DNA of 64,000 nt from the human T2T-CHM13v2.0 reference genome, Homo sapiens. Where the stretch lies: assembly GCF_009914755.1 (NCBI RefSeq), contig NC_060935.1; one strand, given 5' to 3'. The first letter of the stretch is position 1. The number at the start of each line of letters is the position of its first letter. Positions 1 through 12,150 of this stretch are shown here, piece after piece. The notes under the pieces are model-generated. The model did no database searches and was not told where the DNA came from. It saw nothing but the letters and a program-made list of their open reading frames with translations. Made by a program: the position numbers and the translations under genes.

Positions 1-5
1 GAGGC

Positions 6-22
6 CTGTGGTGGAAAAGGAA
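6..22 (+). promoter_or_regulatory. A-box / pJalpha-like motif of an A-type monomer (representative)
   Basis: CTGTGGTGGAAAAGGAA occupies the CENP-B-box position and resembles the pJalpha consensus CTAYGGTGRAAAAGGAA. Confidence 0.7.
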
Positions 23-175
23 AATCTTCACATAAAAACTAGATGGAAGCATTCTCAGAAACTACTTTGTGATGATTATATTCGACTCACAGAGTTGAAC
101 ATTCCTATAGATAGAGCAGGTTGTAAACAATCTTTTTGTAGAATCTGCGATTGGAGATTTGGACTGCTTTGAGGC

Positions 176-192
176 CTACTGTAGTAAAGGAA
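176..192 (+). promoter_or_regulatory. Diverged A-box of the second A-type monomer (representative)
   Basis: CTACTGTAGTAAAGGAA at the box position with no CENP-B core. This completes the A-A-B-B-B pentamer pattern expected for SF3. Confidence 0.6.
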
Positions 193-346
193 ATAACTTC
201 ATCTAAAAACCAAACGGAAGCATTCACAGACAATTCTTAGTGATCATTGGATTGAACTAACAGAGCTGAACATTCCTTTAGATGGGGCAGTTTCCAAACA
301 CACTTTCTGTAGAATCTGCAAGTGGATATTTGGACTTCTCTGAGGA

Positions 347-363
347 TTTCGTTGGAAACGGGA
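347..363 (+). promoter_or_regulatory. CENP-B box 1 (canonical; recurs every ~850 bp)
   Basis: TTTCGTTGGAAACGGGA matches YTTCGTTGGAARCGGGA and has all nine essential bases of nTTCGnnnnAnnCGGGn. Confidence 0.95.
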
Positions 364-684
364 TAAACTTCCCAGAACTACACGGAAGCATTCTGAGAAA
401 CTTCTTTGTGATGTTTGCATTCAACTCACAGAGTTGAACCTTGCTTTCATAGTTCAGCTTTCAAACACTCTTTTTGTAGAATCTGCAAGTGGATATTTGG
501 ACCACTTTGTGGCCTTCCTTTGAAACGGGTATATCTTCACATCAAACCTAGACAGAAGCATTCTCAGAATGTTTCCTGTGATGACTGCATTCAACTCACA
601 GAGGTGAACAATCCTGCTGATGGAGCAGTTTTGAAACTCTCTTTCTTTGGATTCTGCAAGTGGATATGTGCACCTCTGTGAAGA

Positions 685-701
685 TTTCGTTGGAAACGGG
701 T
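685..701 (+). promoter_or_regulatory. CENP-B box 2 (intact core; recurs every ~850 bp)
   Basis: TTTCGTTGGAAACGGGT keeps the nTTCGnnnnAnnCGGGn core; it lies 338 bp after box 1. Confidence 0.93.
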
Positions 702-816
702 TCATCTTCACAGAAAAACTAAACAGAAGCATTCTCAGAAACTGCTTTGTGATGTTTGTGTTCCACTTCAAGAATTGAACTTTCCTCTTGACAGAGCAGC
801 TCTGAAACCCTCTTTT

Positions 817-822
817 TCTAGA
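817..822. other. HOR-defining XbaI site (representative, one per 850 bp unit)
   Basis: TCTAGA within tttttctagaatc; present in most units and mutated in roughly 20. Confidence 0.9.
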
Positions 823-1361
823 ATCTGCAAGTGGACATTTGGAGGGCTTTGAGGCCTGTGGGGGAAAAGGAAAATCTTCACATAAAAACTAGATGGAAGC
901 ATTCTCAGAAACTACTTTGTGATGATTGCATTCGACTCACAGAGTTGAACATTCCTATAGATAGAGCAGGTTGTAAACAATTTTTTGTAGAATCTGCGAT
1001 TGGAGATTTGGACTGCTTTGAGGCCTACTGTAGTAAAGGAAATAACTTCATCTAAAAACCAAACGGAAGCATTCACAGACAATTCTTAGTGATCATTGGA
1101 TTGAACTAACAGAGCTGAACATTCCTTTAGATGGAGCAGTTTCCAAACACACTTTCTGTAGAATCTGCAAGTGGATATTTGGACCTCTCTGAGGATTTCG
1201 TTGGAAACGGGATAAACTTACCAGAACTACACGGAAGCATTCTGAGAAACTTCTTTGGATGTTTGCATTCAACTCACAGAGTTGAACCTTGCTTTCATAG
1301 TTCAGCTTTCAAACACTCTTTTTGTAGAATCTGCAAGTGGATATTTGGACCACTTTGTGGC

Positions 1362-1378
1362 CTTCCTTCGAAACGGGT
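1362..1378 (+). promoter_or_regulatory. Degenerate CENP-B box in the middle B-type monomer (predicted non-binding; representative copy)
   Basis: CTTCCTTCGAAACGGGT sits at the box position but has TTCC in place of the essential TTCG, in every HOR examined. Confidence 0.8.
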
Positions 1379-3629
1379 ATATCTTCACATCAAACCTAGA
1401 CAGAAGCATTCTCAGAATGTTTCCTGTGATGACTGCATTCAACTCACAGAGGTGAACGATCCTTCTGATGGAGCAGTTTTGAAACTCTCTTTCTTTGGAT
1501 TCTGCAAGTGGATATGTGGACCTCTGTGAAGATTTCGTTGGAAACGGGTTCATCTTCACAGAGAAACTAAACAGGAGCATTCTCAGAAACTGCTTTGTGA
1601 TGTTTGTGTTCCACTTCAAGAATTGAACTTTCCTCTTGACAGAGCAGCTCTGAAACCCTCTTTTTCTAGAATCTGCAAGTGGACATTTGGAGGGCTTTGA
1701 GGCCTGTGGTGGAAAAGGAAAATCTTCACATAAAAACTAGATGGAAGCATTCTCAGAAACTACTCTGTGATGATTGCATTCGACTCACGGAGTTGAACAT
1801 TCCTATAGATAGAGCAGGTTGTAAACAATCTTTTTGTAGAATCTGCGATTGGAGATTTGGACTGCTTTGAGGCCTACTGTAGTAAAGGAAATAACTTCAT
1901 CTAAAACCAAACGGAAGCATTCACAGACAATTCTTAGTGATCATTGCATTGAACTAACAGAGCTGAACATTCCTTTAGATGGCGCAGTTTCCAAACACAC
2001 TTTCTGTAGAATCTGCCACTGGATATTTGGACCTCTCTGAGGATTTCGTTGGAAACGGGATAAACTTCCCAGAACTACACGGAAGCATTCTGAGAAAATT
2101 CTTTGTGATGTTTGCATTCAACACACAGAGTTGAACCTTGCTTTCATAGTTCAGCTTTCAAACACTCTTTTTGTAGAATCTGCAAGTGGATATTTGGACC
2201 ACTTTGTGGCCTTCCTTCGAAACGGGTATATCTTCACATCAAACCTAGACAGAAGCATTCTCAGAATGTTTCCTGTGATGACTGCATTCAACTCACAGAG
2301 GTGAAAAATCCTGTTGATGGAGCAGTTTTGAATCTCTCTTTCTTTGGATTCTGCAAGTGGATATGTGGACCTCTGTGAAGATTTCGTTGGAAACGGGTTC
2401 ATGTTCACAGAAAAACTAAACAGAAGCATTCTCAGAAACTGCTTTGTGATGTTTGTGTTCCACTTCAAGAATTGAACTTTCCTCTTGACAGAGCAGCTCT
2501 GAAACCCTCTTTTTCTAGAATCTGCAAGTGGACATTTGGAGGGCTTTGAGGCCTGTGGTGGAAAAGGAAAATCTTCACATAAAAACTAGATGGAAGCATT
2601 CTCAGAAACTACTTTGTGATGATTGCATTCGACTCACAGAGTTGAACATTCCTATAGATAGAGCAGGTTGTAAACAATCTTTTTGTAGAATCTGCGATTG
2701 GAGATTTGGACTGCTTTGAGGCCTACTGTAGTAAAGGAAATAACTTCTTCTAAAAACCAAACGGAAGCATTCACAGACAATTCTTAGTGATCATTGGATT
2801 GAACTAACAGAGCTGAACATTTCTTTAGATAGAGCAGTTTCCAAACACACTTTCTGTAGAATCTGCAAGTGGATATTTGGACTTCTCTGAGGATTTCGTT
2901 GGAAACGGGATAAACTTCCCAGAACTACACGGAAGCATTCTGAGAAACTTCTTTGTGATGTTTGCATTCAACTCACAGAGTTGAACCTTGCTTTCATAGT
3001 TCAGCTTTCAAACACTCTTTTTGTAGAATCTGCAAGTGGATATTTGGACCACTTTGTGGCCTTCCTTCGAAACGGGTATATCTTCACATCAAACCTAGAC
3101 AGAAGCATTCTCAGAATGTTTCCTGTGATGACTGCATTCAACTCACAGAGGTGAACAATCCTGTTGATGGAGCAGTTTTGAAACTCTCTTTCTTTGGATT
3201 CTGCAAGTGGATATGTGGACCTCTGTGAAGATTTCGTTTGAAACGGGTTCATCTTCACAGAAAAAATTAACAGAAGCATTCTCAGAAACTGCTTTGTGAT
3301 GTTTGTGTTCCACTTAAAGAATGAACTTTCCTCTTGACAGAGCAGCTCTGAAACCCTCTTTTTCTAGAATCTGCAAGTGGACATTTGGAGGGCTTTGAGG
3401 CATGTGGTGGAAAAGGAAACTCTTCACATAAAAACTAGATGGAAGCATTCTCAGAAACTACTTTGTGATGATTGCATTCGACTCACAGAGTTGAACATTC
3501 CTATAGATAGAGCAGGTTGTAAACAATCTTTTTGTAGAATCTGCGATTGGAGATTTGGACTGCTTTGAGGCCTACTGTAGTAAAGGAAATAACTTCATCT
3601 AAAAACCAAACGGAAGCATTCACAGACAA

Positions 3630-6600
3630 TGCTTAGTGATCATTGGATTGAACTAACAGAGCTGAACATTCCTTTAGGTGGAGCAGTTTCCAAACCCACT
3701 TTCTGTAGAATCTGCAAGTGGATATTTGGACCTCTCTGAGGATTTCGTTGGAAACGGGATATACTTCCCAGAACTACACGGAAGTATTCTGAGAAACTTC
3801 TTTGTGATGTTTGCATTCAACTCACAGAGTTGAACCTTGCTTTCATAGTTCAGCTTTCAAACACTCTTTTTGTAGAATCTGGAAGTGGATATTTGGACCA
3901 CTTTGTGGCCTTCCTTCGAAACGGGTATATCTTCACATCAAACCTTGACAGAAGCATTCTCAGAATGTTTCCTGTGATGACTGCATTCAATTCACAGAGG
4001 TGAACAATCCTGCTGATGGAGCAGTTTTGAAACTCTCTTTCTTTGGATTCTGCAAGTGGATATGTGGACCTCTGTGAAGATTTCGTTGGAAACGGGTTCA
4101 TCTTCACAGAAAAACTAAACAGGAGCATTCTCAGAAACTGCTTTGTGATGTTTGTGTTCCACTTCAGGAATTGAACTTTCCTCTTGACAGAGCAGCTCTG
4201 AAACCCTCTTTTTCTAGAATCTGCAAGTGGACATTTGGAGGGCTTTGAGGCCTCTGGTGGAAAAGGAAAATCTTCACATAAAAACTAGATGGAAGCATTC
4301 TCAGAAACTACTTTGTGATGATTGCATTCGACTCAAAGAGTTGAACATTCCTATAGATAGAGCAGGTTGTAAACAATGTTTTTGTAGAATCTGCGATTGG
4401 AGATTTGGACTGCTTTGAGGCCTACTGTAGTAAAGGAAATAACTTCATCTAAAAACCAAACGGAAGCATTCACAGACAATTCTTAGTGATCATTGGATTG
4501 AACTAACAGAGCTGAACATTCCCTTAGATGGCACAGTTTCCAAACACACTTTCTGTAGAATCTGCAAGTGGATATTTGGACCTCTCTGAGGATTTCGTTG
4601 GAAACGGGATAAACTTCCCAGAACTACACGGAAGCATTCTGAGAAACTTCTTTGTGATGTTTGCATTCAAATCACAGAGTTGAACCTTGCTTTCATAGTT
4701 CAGCTTTCAAACACTCTTTTTGTAGAATCTGCAAGTGGATATTTGGACCACTTTGTGGCCTTCCTTCGAAACGGGTATATCTTCACATCAAACCTAGACA
4801 GAAGCATTCTCAGAATGTTTCCTGTGATGACTGCATTCCACTCACAGAGGTGAACAATCCTGTTGATGGAGCCGTTTTGAAACTCCCTTTCTTTTGATTC
4901 TGCAAGTGGATATGTGGAACTCTGTGAAGATTTCGTTGGAAACGGGTTCATCTTCACAGAAAAACTAAACAGGAGCATTCTCAGAAACTGCTTTGTGATG
5001 TTTGTGTTTCCACTTCAGGAATTGAACTTTCCTCTTGACAGAGCAGCTCTGAAACCCTCTTTTTCTAGAATCTGCAAGTGGACATTTGGAGGGCTTTGAG
5101 GCCTGTTGTTGAAAAGGATAATCTTCACATAAAAACTAGATGGAAGCATTCTCAGAAACTACTCTGTGATGATTGCATTCGACTCACAGAGTTGAACATT
5201 CCTATAGATAGAGCAGGTTGTAAACAGTCTTTTTGTAGAATCTGCGATTGGAGATTTGGACTGCTTTGAGGCCTACTGTAGTAAAGGAAATAACTTCATC
5301 TAAAAACCAAACGGAAGCATTCACAGACAATTCTTAGTGATCATTGGATTGAACTAACAGAGCTGAACATTCCTTTAGATGGAGCAGTTTCCAAACCCAC
5401 TTTCTGTAGAATCTGCAAGTGGATATTTGGACCTCTCTGAGGATTTCGTTGGAAAAGGGATATGCTTCCCAGAACTACACGGAAGTATTCTGAGAAACTT
5501 CTTCGTGATGGTTGCATTCAACTCACAGTGTTGAACCTTGCTTTCATAGTTCAGCTTTCAAACACTCTTTTTGTAGAATCTGCAAGTGGATATTTGGACC
5601 ATTTTGTGGCCTTCCTTCGAAACGGGTATATCTTCACATCAAACCTTGACAGAAGCATTCTCAGAATGTTTCCTGTGATGACTGCATTCAACTCACAGAG
5701 GTGAACAATCCTGCTGATGGAGCAGTTTTGAAACTCTCTTTCTTTGGATTCTGCAAGTGGATATGTGGACCTCTGTGAAGATTTCGTTGGAAACGGGTTC
5801 ATCTTCACAGAAAAACTAAACAGGAGCATTCTCAGAAACTGCTTTGTGATGTTTGTGTTCCACTTCAGGAATTGAACTTTCCTCTTGACAGAGCAGCTCT
5901 GAAACCCTCTTTTTCTAGAATCTGCAAGTGGACATTTGGAGGGCTTTGAGGCCTGTGGTGGAAAAGGAAAATCTTCACATAAAAACTAGATGGAAGCATT
6001 CTCAGAAACTACTTTGTGATGATTGCATTCGACTCAAAGAGTTGAACATTCCTGTAGATAGAGCAGGTTGTAAACAATCTTTTTGTAGAATCTGCGATTG
6101 GAGATTTGGACTGCTTTGAGGCCTACTCTAGTAAAGGAAATAACTTCATCTAAAAACCAAACGGAAGCATTCACAGACAATTCTTAGTGATCATTGGATT
6201 GAACTAACAGAGCTGAACATTCCCTTAGATGGCACCGTTTCCAAACACACTTTCTGTAGAATCTGCAAGTGGATATTTGGACCTCTCTGAGGATTTCGTT
6301 GGAAACGGGATAAACTTCCCAGAACTACACGGAAGCATTCTGAGAAACTTCTTTGTGATGTTTGCATTCAACTCACAGAGTTGAACCTTGCTTTCATAGT
6401 TCAGCTTTCAAACACTCTTTTTGTAGAATCTGCAAGTGGATATTTGGACCACTTTGTGGCCTTCCTTCGAAACGGGTATATATTCACATCAAACCTAGAC
6501 AGAAGCATTCTCAGAATGTTTCCTGTGATGACTGCATTCAACTCACAGAGGTGAACAATCCTGTTGATGGAGACGTTTTGAAACTCCCTTTCTTTTGATT

Positions 6601-9600
6601 CTGCAAGTGGATATGTGGAACTCTGTGAAGATTTCGTTGGAAACGGGTTCATCTTCACAGAAAAATTAACAGGAGCATTCTCAGAAACTGCTTTGTGATG
6701 TTTGTGTTCCACTTCAAGAATTGAACTTTCCTCTTGACAGAGCAGCTCTGAAACCCTCTTTTTCTAGAATCTGCTAGTGGACATTTGGAGGGCTTTGAGG
6801 CCTGTGGTGGAAAAGGAAAATCTTCCCATAAAAACTAGATGGAAGCATTCTCAGAAACTACTTTGTGATGATTGCATTCGACTCACAGAGTTGAACATTC
6901 CTATAGATAGAGCAGGTTGTAAACAATCTTTTTGTAGAATCTGCGATTGGAGATTTTGACTGCTTTGAGGCCTACTGTAGTAAAGGAAATAACTTCATCT
7001 AAAAACCAAACGGAAGCATTCACAGACAATTCTTAGTGATCATTGGATTGAACAAACAGAGCTGAACATTCCTTTAGATAGAGCAGTTTCCAAACACACT
7101 TTCTGTAGAATCTGCAAGTGGATATTTGGACTTCTCTGAGGATTTCGTTGGAAACGGGATAAACTTCCCAGAACTACACGGAAGCATTCTGAGAAACTTC
7201 TTTGTGATGTTTGCATTCAACTCACAGAGTTGAAACTTGCTTTCATAGTTCAGCTTTGAAACACTCTTTTTGTAGAATCTGCAAGTGGATATTTGGACCA
7301 CTTGTGGCCTTCCTTCGAAACGGGTATATCTTCACATCAAACCTAGACAGAAGCATTCTCAGAATGTTTCCTGTGATGACTGCATTCAACTCACAGAGGT
7401 GAACAATCCTGTTGATGGAGCAGTTTTGAAACTCTCTTTCTTTGGATTCTGCAAGTGGATATGTGGACCTCTGTGAAGATTTCGTTGGAAACGGGTTCAT
7501 CTTCACAGAAAAACTAAACAGGAGCATTCTCAGAAACTGCTTTGTGATGTTTGTGTTCCACTTCAAGAATTGAACTTTCCTCTTGACAGAGCAGCTCTGA
7601 AACCCTCTTTTTCTAGAATCTGCAAGTGGACATTTGGAGGGCTTTGAGGCCTCTGGTGGAAAAGGAAAATCTTCACATAAAAACTAGATGGAAGCATTCT
7701 CAGAAACTACTTTGTGATGATTGCATTCGACTCACAGAGTTGAACATTCCTATAGATAGAGCAGGTTGTAAACAATCTTTTTGTAGAATCTGCGATTGGA
7801 GATTTGGACTGCTTTGAGGCCTACTGTAGTAAAGGAAATAACTTCATCTAAAAACCAAACGGAAGCATTCACAGACAATGCTTAGTGATCATTGGATTGA
7901 ACTAACAGAGCTGAACATTCCTTTAGGTGGAGCAGTTTCCAAACCCACTTTCTGTAGAATCTGCAAGTGGATATTTGGACCTCTCTGAGGATTTCGTTGG
8001 AAACGGGATATACTTCCCAGAACTACACGGAAGTATTCTGAGAAACTTCTTTGTGATGTTTGCATTCAACTCACAGAGTTGAACCTTGCTTTCATAGTTC
8101 AGCTTTCAAACACTCTTTTTGTAGAATCTGGAAGTGGATATTTGGACCACTTTGTGGCCTTCCTTCGAAACGGGTATATCTTCACATCAAACCTTGACAG
8201 AAGCATTCTCAGAATGTTTCCTGTGATGACTGCATTCAATTCACAGAGGTGAACAATCCTGCTGATGGAGCAGTTTTGAAACTCTCTTTCTTTGGATTCT
8301 GCAAGTGGATATGTGGACCTCTGTGAAGATTTCGTTGGAAACGGGTTCATCTTCACAGAAAAACTAAACAGGAGCATTCTCAGAAACTGCTTTGTGATGT
8401 TTGTGTTCCACTTCAGGAATTGAACTTTCCTCTTGACAGAGCAGCTCTGAAACCCTCTTTTTCTAGAATCTGCAAGTGGACATTTGGAGGGCTTTGAGGC
8501 CTCTGGTGGAAAAGGAAAATCTTCACATAAAAACTAGATGGAAGCATTCTCAGAAACTACTTTGTGATGATTGCATTCGACTCAAAGAGTTGAACATTCC
8601 TATAGATAGAGCAGGTTGTAAACAATGTTTTTGTAGAATCTGCGATTGGAGATTTGGACTGCTTTGAGGCCTACTGTAGTAAAGGAAATAACTTCATCTA
8701 AAAACCAAACGGAAGCATTCACAGACAATTCTTAGTGATCATTGGATTGAACTAACAGAGCTGAACATTCCCTTAGATGGCACAGTTTCCAAACACACTT
8801 TCTGTAGAATCTGCAAGTGGATATTTGGACCTCTCTGAGGATTTCGTTGGAAACGGGATAAACTTCCCAGAACTACACGGAAGCATTCTGAGAAACTTCT
8901 TTGTGATGTTTGCATTCAAATCACAGAGTTGAACCTTGCTTTCATAGTTCAGCTTTCAAACACTCTTTTGTAGAATCTGCAAGTGGATATTTGGACCACT
9001 TTGTGGCCTTCCTTCGAAACGGGTATATCTTCACATCAAACCTAGACAGAAGCATTCTCAGAATGTTTCCTGTGATGACTGCATTCCACTCACAGAGGTG
9101 AACAATCCTGTTGATGGAGCCGTTTTGAAACTCCCTTTCTTTTGATTCTGCAAGTGGATATGTGGAACTCTGTGAAGATTTCGTTGGAAACGGGTTCATC
9201 TTCACAGAAAAACTAAACAGGAGCATTCTCAGAAACTGCTTTGTGATGTTTGTGTTCCACTTCAGGAATTGAACTTTCCTCTTGACAGAGCAGCTCTGAA
9301 ACCCTCTTTTTCTAGAATCTGCAAGTGGACATTTGGAGGGCTTTGAGGCCTGTTGTTGAAAAGGATAATCTTCACATAAAAACTAGATGGAAGCATTCTC
9401 AGAAACTACTCTGTGATGATTGCATTCGACTCACAGAGTTGAACATTCCTATAGATAGAGCAGGTTGTAAACAGTCTTTTTGTAGAATCTGCGATTGGAG
9501 ATTTGGACTGCTTTGAGGCCTACTGTAGTAAAGGAAATAACTTCATCTAAAAACCAAACGGAAGCATTCACAGACAATTCTTAGTGATCATTGGATTGAA

Positions 9601-12150
9601 CTAACAGAGCTGAACATTCCTTTAGATGGAGCAGTTTCCAAACCCACTTTCTGTAGAATCTGCAAGTGGATATTTGGACCTCTCTGAGGATTTCGTTGGA
9701 AAAGGGATATGCTTCCCAGAACTACACGGAAGTATTCTGAGAAACTTCTTCGTGATGGTTGCATTCAACTCACAGTGTTGAACCTTGCTTTCATAGTTCA
9801 GCTTTCAAACACTCTTTTTGTAGAATCTGCAAGTGGATATTTGGACCATTTTGTGGCCTTCCTTCGAAACGGGTATATCTTCACATCAAACCTTGACAGA
9901 AGCATTCTCAGAATGTTTCCTGTGATGACTGCATTCAACTCACAGAGGTGAACAATCCTGCTGATGGAGCAGTTTTGAAACTCTCTTTCTTGGATTCTGC
10001 AAGTGGATATGTGGACCTCTGTGAAGATTTCGTTGGAAACGGGTTCATCTTCACAGAAAAACTAAACAGGAGCATTCTCAGAAACTGCTTTGTGATGTTT
10101 GTGTTCCACTTCAGGAATTGAACTTTCCTCTTGACAGAGCAGCTCTGAAACCCTCTTTTTCTAGAATCTGCAAGTGGACATTTGGAGGCTTTGAGGCCTG
10201 TGGTGGAAAAGGAAAATCTTCACATAAAAACTAGATGGAAGCATTCTCAGAAACTACTTTGTGATGATTGCATTCGACTCAAAGAGTTGAACATTCCTGT
10301 AGATAGAGCAGGTTGTAAACAATCTTTTTGTAGAATCTGCGATTGGAGATTTGGACTGCTTTGAGGCCTACTCTAGTAAAGGAAATAACTTCATCTAAAA
10401 ACCAACGGAAGCATTCACAGACAATTCTTAGTGATCATTGGATTGAACTAACAGAGCTGAACATTCCCTTAGATGGCACCGTTTCCAAACACACTTTCTG
10501 TAGAATCTGCAAGTGGATATTTGGACCTCTCTGAGGATTTCGTTGGAAACGGGATAAACTTCCCAGAACTACACGGAAGCATTCTGAGAAACTTCTTTGT
10601 GATGTTTGCATTCAACTCACAGAGTTGAACCTTGCTTTCATAGTTCAGCTTTCAAACACTCTTTTTGTAGAATCTGCAAGTGGATATTTGGACCACTTTG
10701 TGGCCTTCCTTCGAAACGGGTATATATTCACATCAAACCTAGACAGAAGCATTCTCAGAATGTTTCCTGTGATGACTGCATTCAACTCACAGAGGTGAAC
10801 AATCCTGTTGATGGAGACGTTTTGAAACTCCCTTTCTTTTGATTCTGCAAGTGGATATGTGGAACTCTGTGAAGATTTCGTTGGAAACGGGTTCATCTTC
10901 ACAGAAAAATTAACAGGAGCATTCTCAGAAACTGCTTTGTGATGTTTGTGTTCCACTTCAAGAATTGAACTTTCCTCTTGACAGAGCAGCTCTGAAACCC
11001 TCTTTTTCTAGAATCTGCTAGTGGACATTTGGAGGGCTTTGAGGCCTGTGGTGGAAAAGGAAAATCTTCCCATAAAAACTAGATGGAAGCATTCTCAGAA
11101 ACTACTTTGTGATGATTGCATTCGACTCACAGAGTTGAACATTCCTATAGATAGAGCAGGTTGTAAACAATCTTTTTGTAGAATCTGCGATTGGAGATTT
11201 TGACTGCTTTGAGGCCTACTGTAGTAAAGGAAATAACTTCATCTAAAAACCAAACGGAAGCATTCACAGACAATTCTTAGTGATCATTGGATTGAACAAA
11301 CAGAGCTGAACATTCCTTTAGATAGAGCAGTTTCCAAACACACTTTCTGTAGAATCTGCAAGTGGATATTTGGACTTCTCTGAGGATTTCGTTGGAAACG
11401 GGATAAACTTCCCAGAACTACACGGAAGCATTCTGAGAAACTTCTTTGTGATGTTTGCATTCAACTCACAGAGTTGAAACTTGCTTTCATAGTTCAGCTT
11501 TGAAACACTCTTTTGTAGAATCTGCAAGTGGATATTTGGACCACTTTGTGGCCTTCCTTCGAAACGGGTATATCTTCACATCAAACCTAGACAGAAGCAT
11601 TCTCAGAATGTTTCCTGTGATGACTGCATTCAACTCACAGAGGTGAACAATCCTGTTGATGGAGCAGTTTTGAAACTCTCTTTCTTTGGATTCTGCAAGT
11701 GGATATGTGGACCTCTGTGAAGATTTCGTTGGAAACGGGTTCATCTTCACAGAAAAACTAAACAGGAGCATTCTCAGAAACTGCTTTGTGATGTTTGTGT
11801 TCCACTTCAAGAATTGAACTTTCCTCTTGACAGAGCAGCTCTGAAACCCTCTTTTTCTAGAATCTGCAAGTGGACATTTGGAGGGCTTTGAGGCCTCTGG
11901 TGGAAAAGGAAAATCTTCACATAAAAACTAGATGGAAGCATTCTCAGAAACTACTTTGTGATGATTGCATTCGACTCACAGAGTTGAACATTCCTATAGA
12001 TAGAGCAGGTTGTAAACAATCTTTTTGTAGAATCTGCGATTGGAGATTTGGACTGCTTTGAGGCCTACTGTAGTAAAGGAAATAACTTCATCTAAAAACC
12101 AAACGGAAGCATTCACAGACAATGCTTAGTGATCATTGGATTGAACTAAC
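3630..12150 (+). repeat. Tandem duplication of a 5-HOR (~4.25 kb) block
   Basis: Rare variants recur at an offset of 4244-4249 bp: tttaggtgg 3678/7927, aatctggaag ~3882/8131, aacaatgttt ~4378/8627, ggatatgctt ~5463/9710, tactcta ~6128/10373, cttcccata ~6826/11070, gctttgaaac ~7258/11502. Confidence 0.9.

Larger units (their letters stand above)
47..896 (+). repeat. First complete 850 bp HOR unit (five monomers)
   Basis: The AAGCATT anchor starts at 47, 218, 386, 556, 727 and 897, giving monomer lengths of 171, 168, 170, 171 and 170 bp (sum 850). Monomers differ strongly from each other, while the unit repeats almost exactly. Confidence 0.95.

Noticed and set aside
104-116. ctatagatagag short microsatellite-like or palindromic motif
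   Set aside because: It is a fixed part of one monomer in nearly every HOR, with no length variation.
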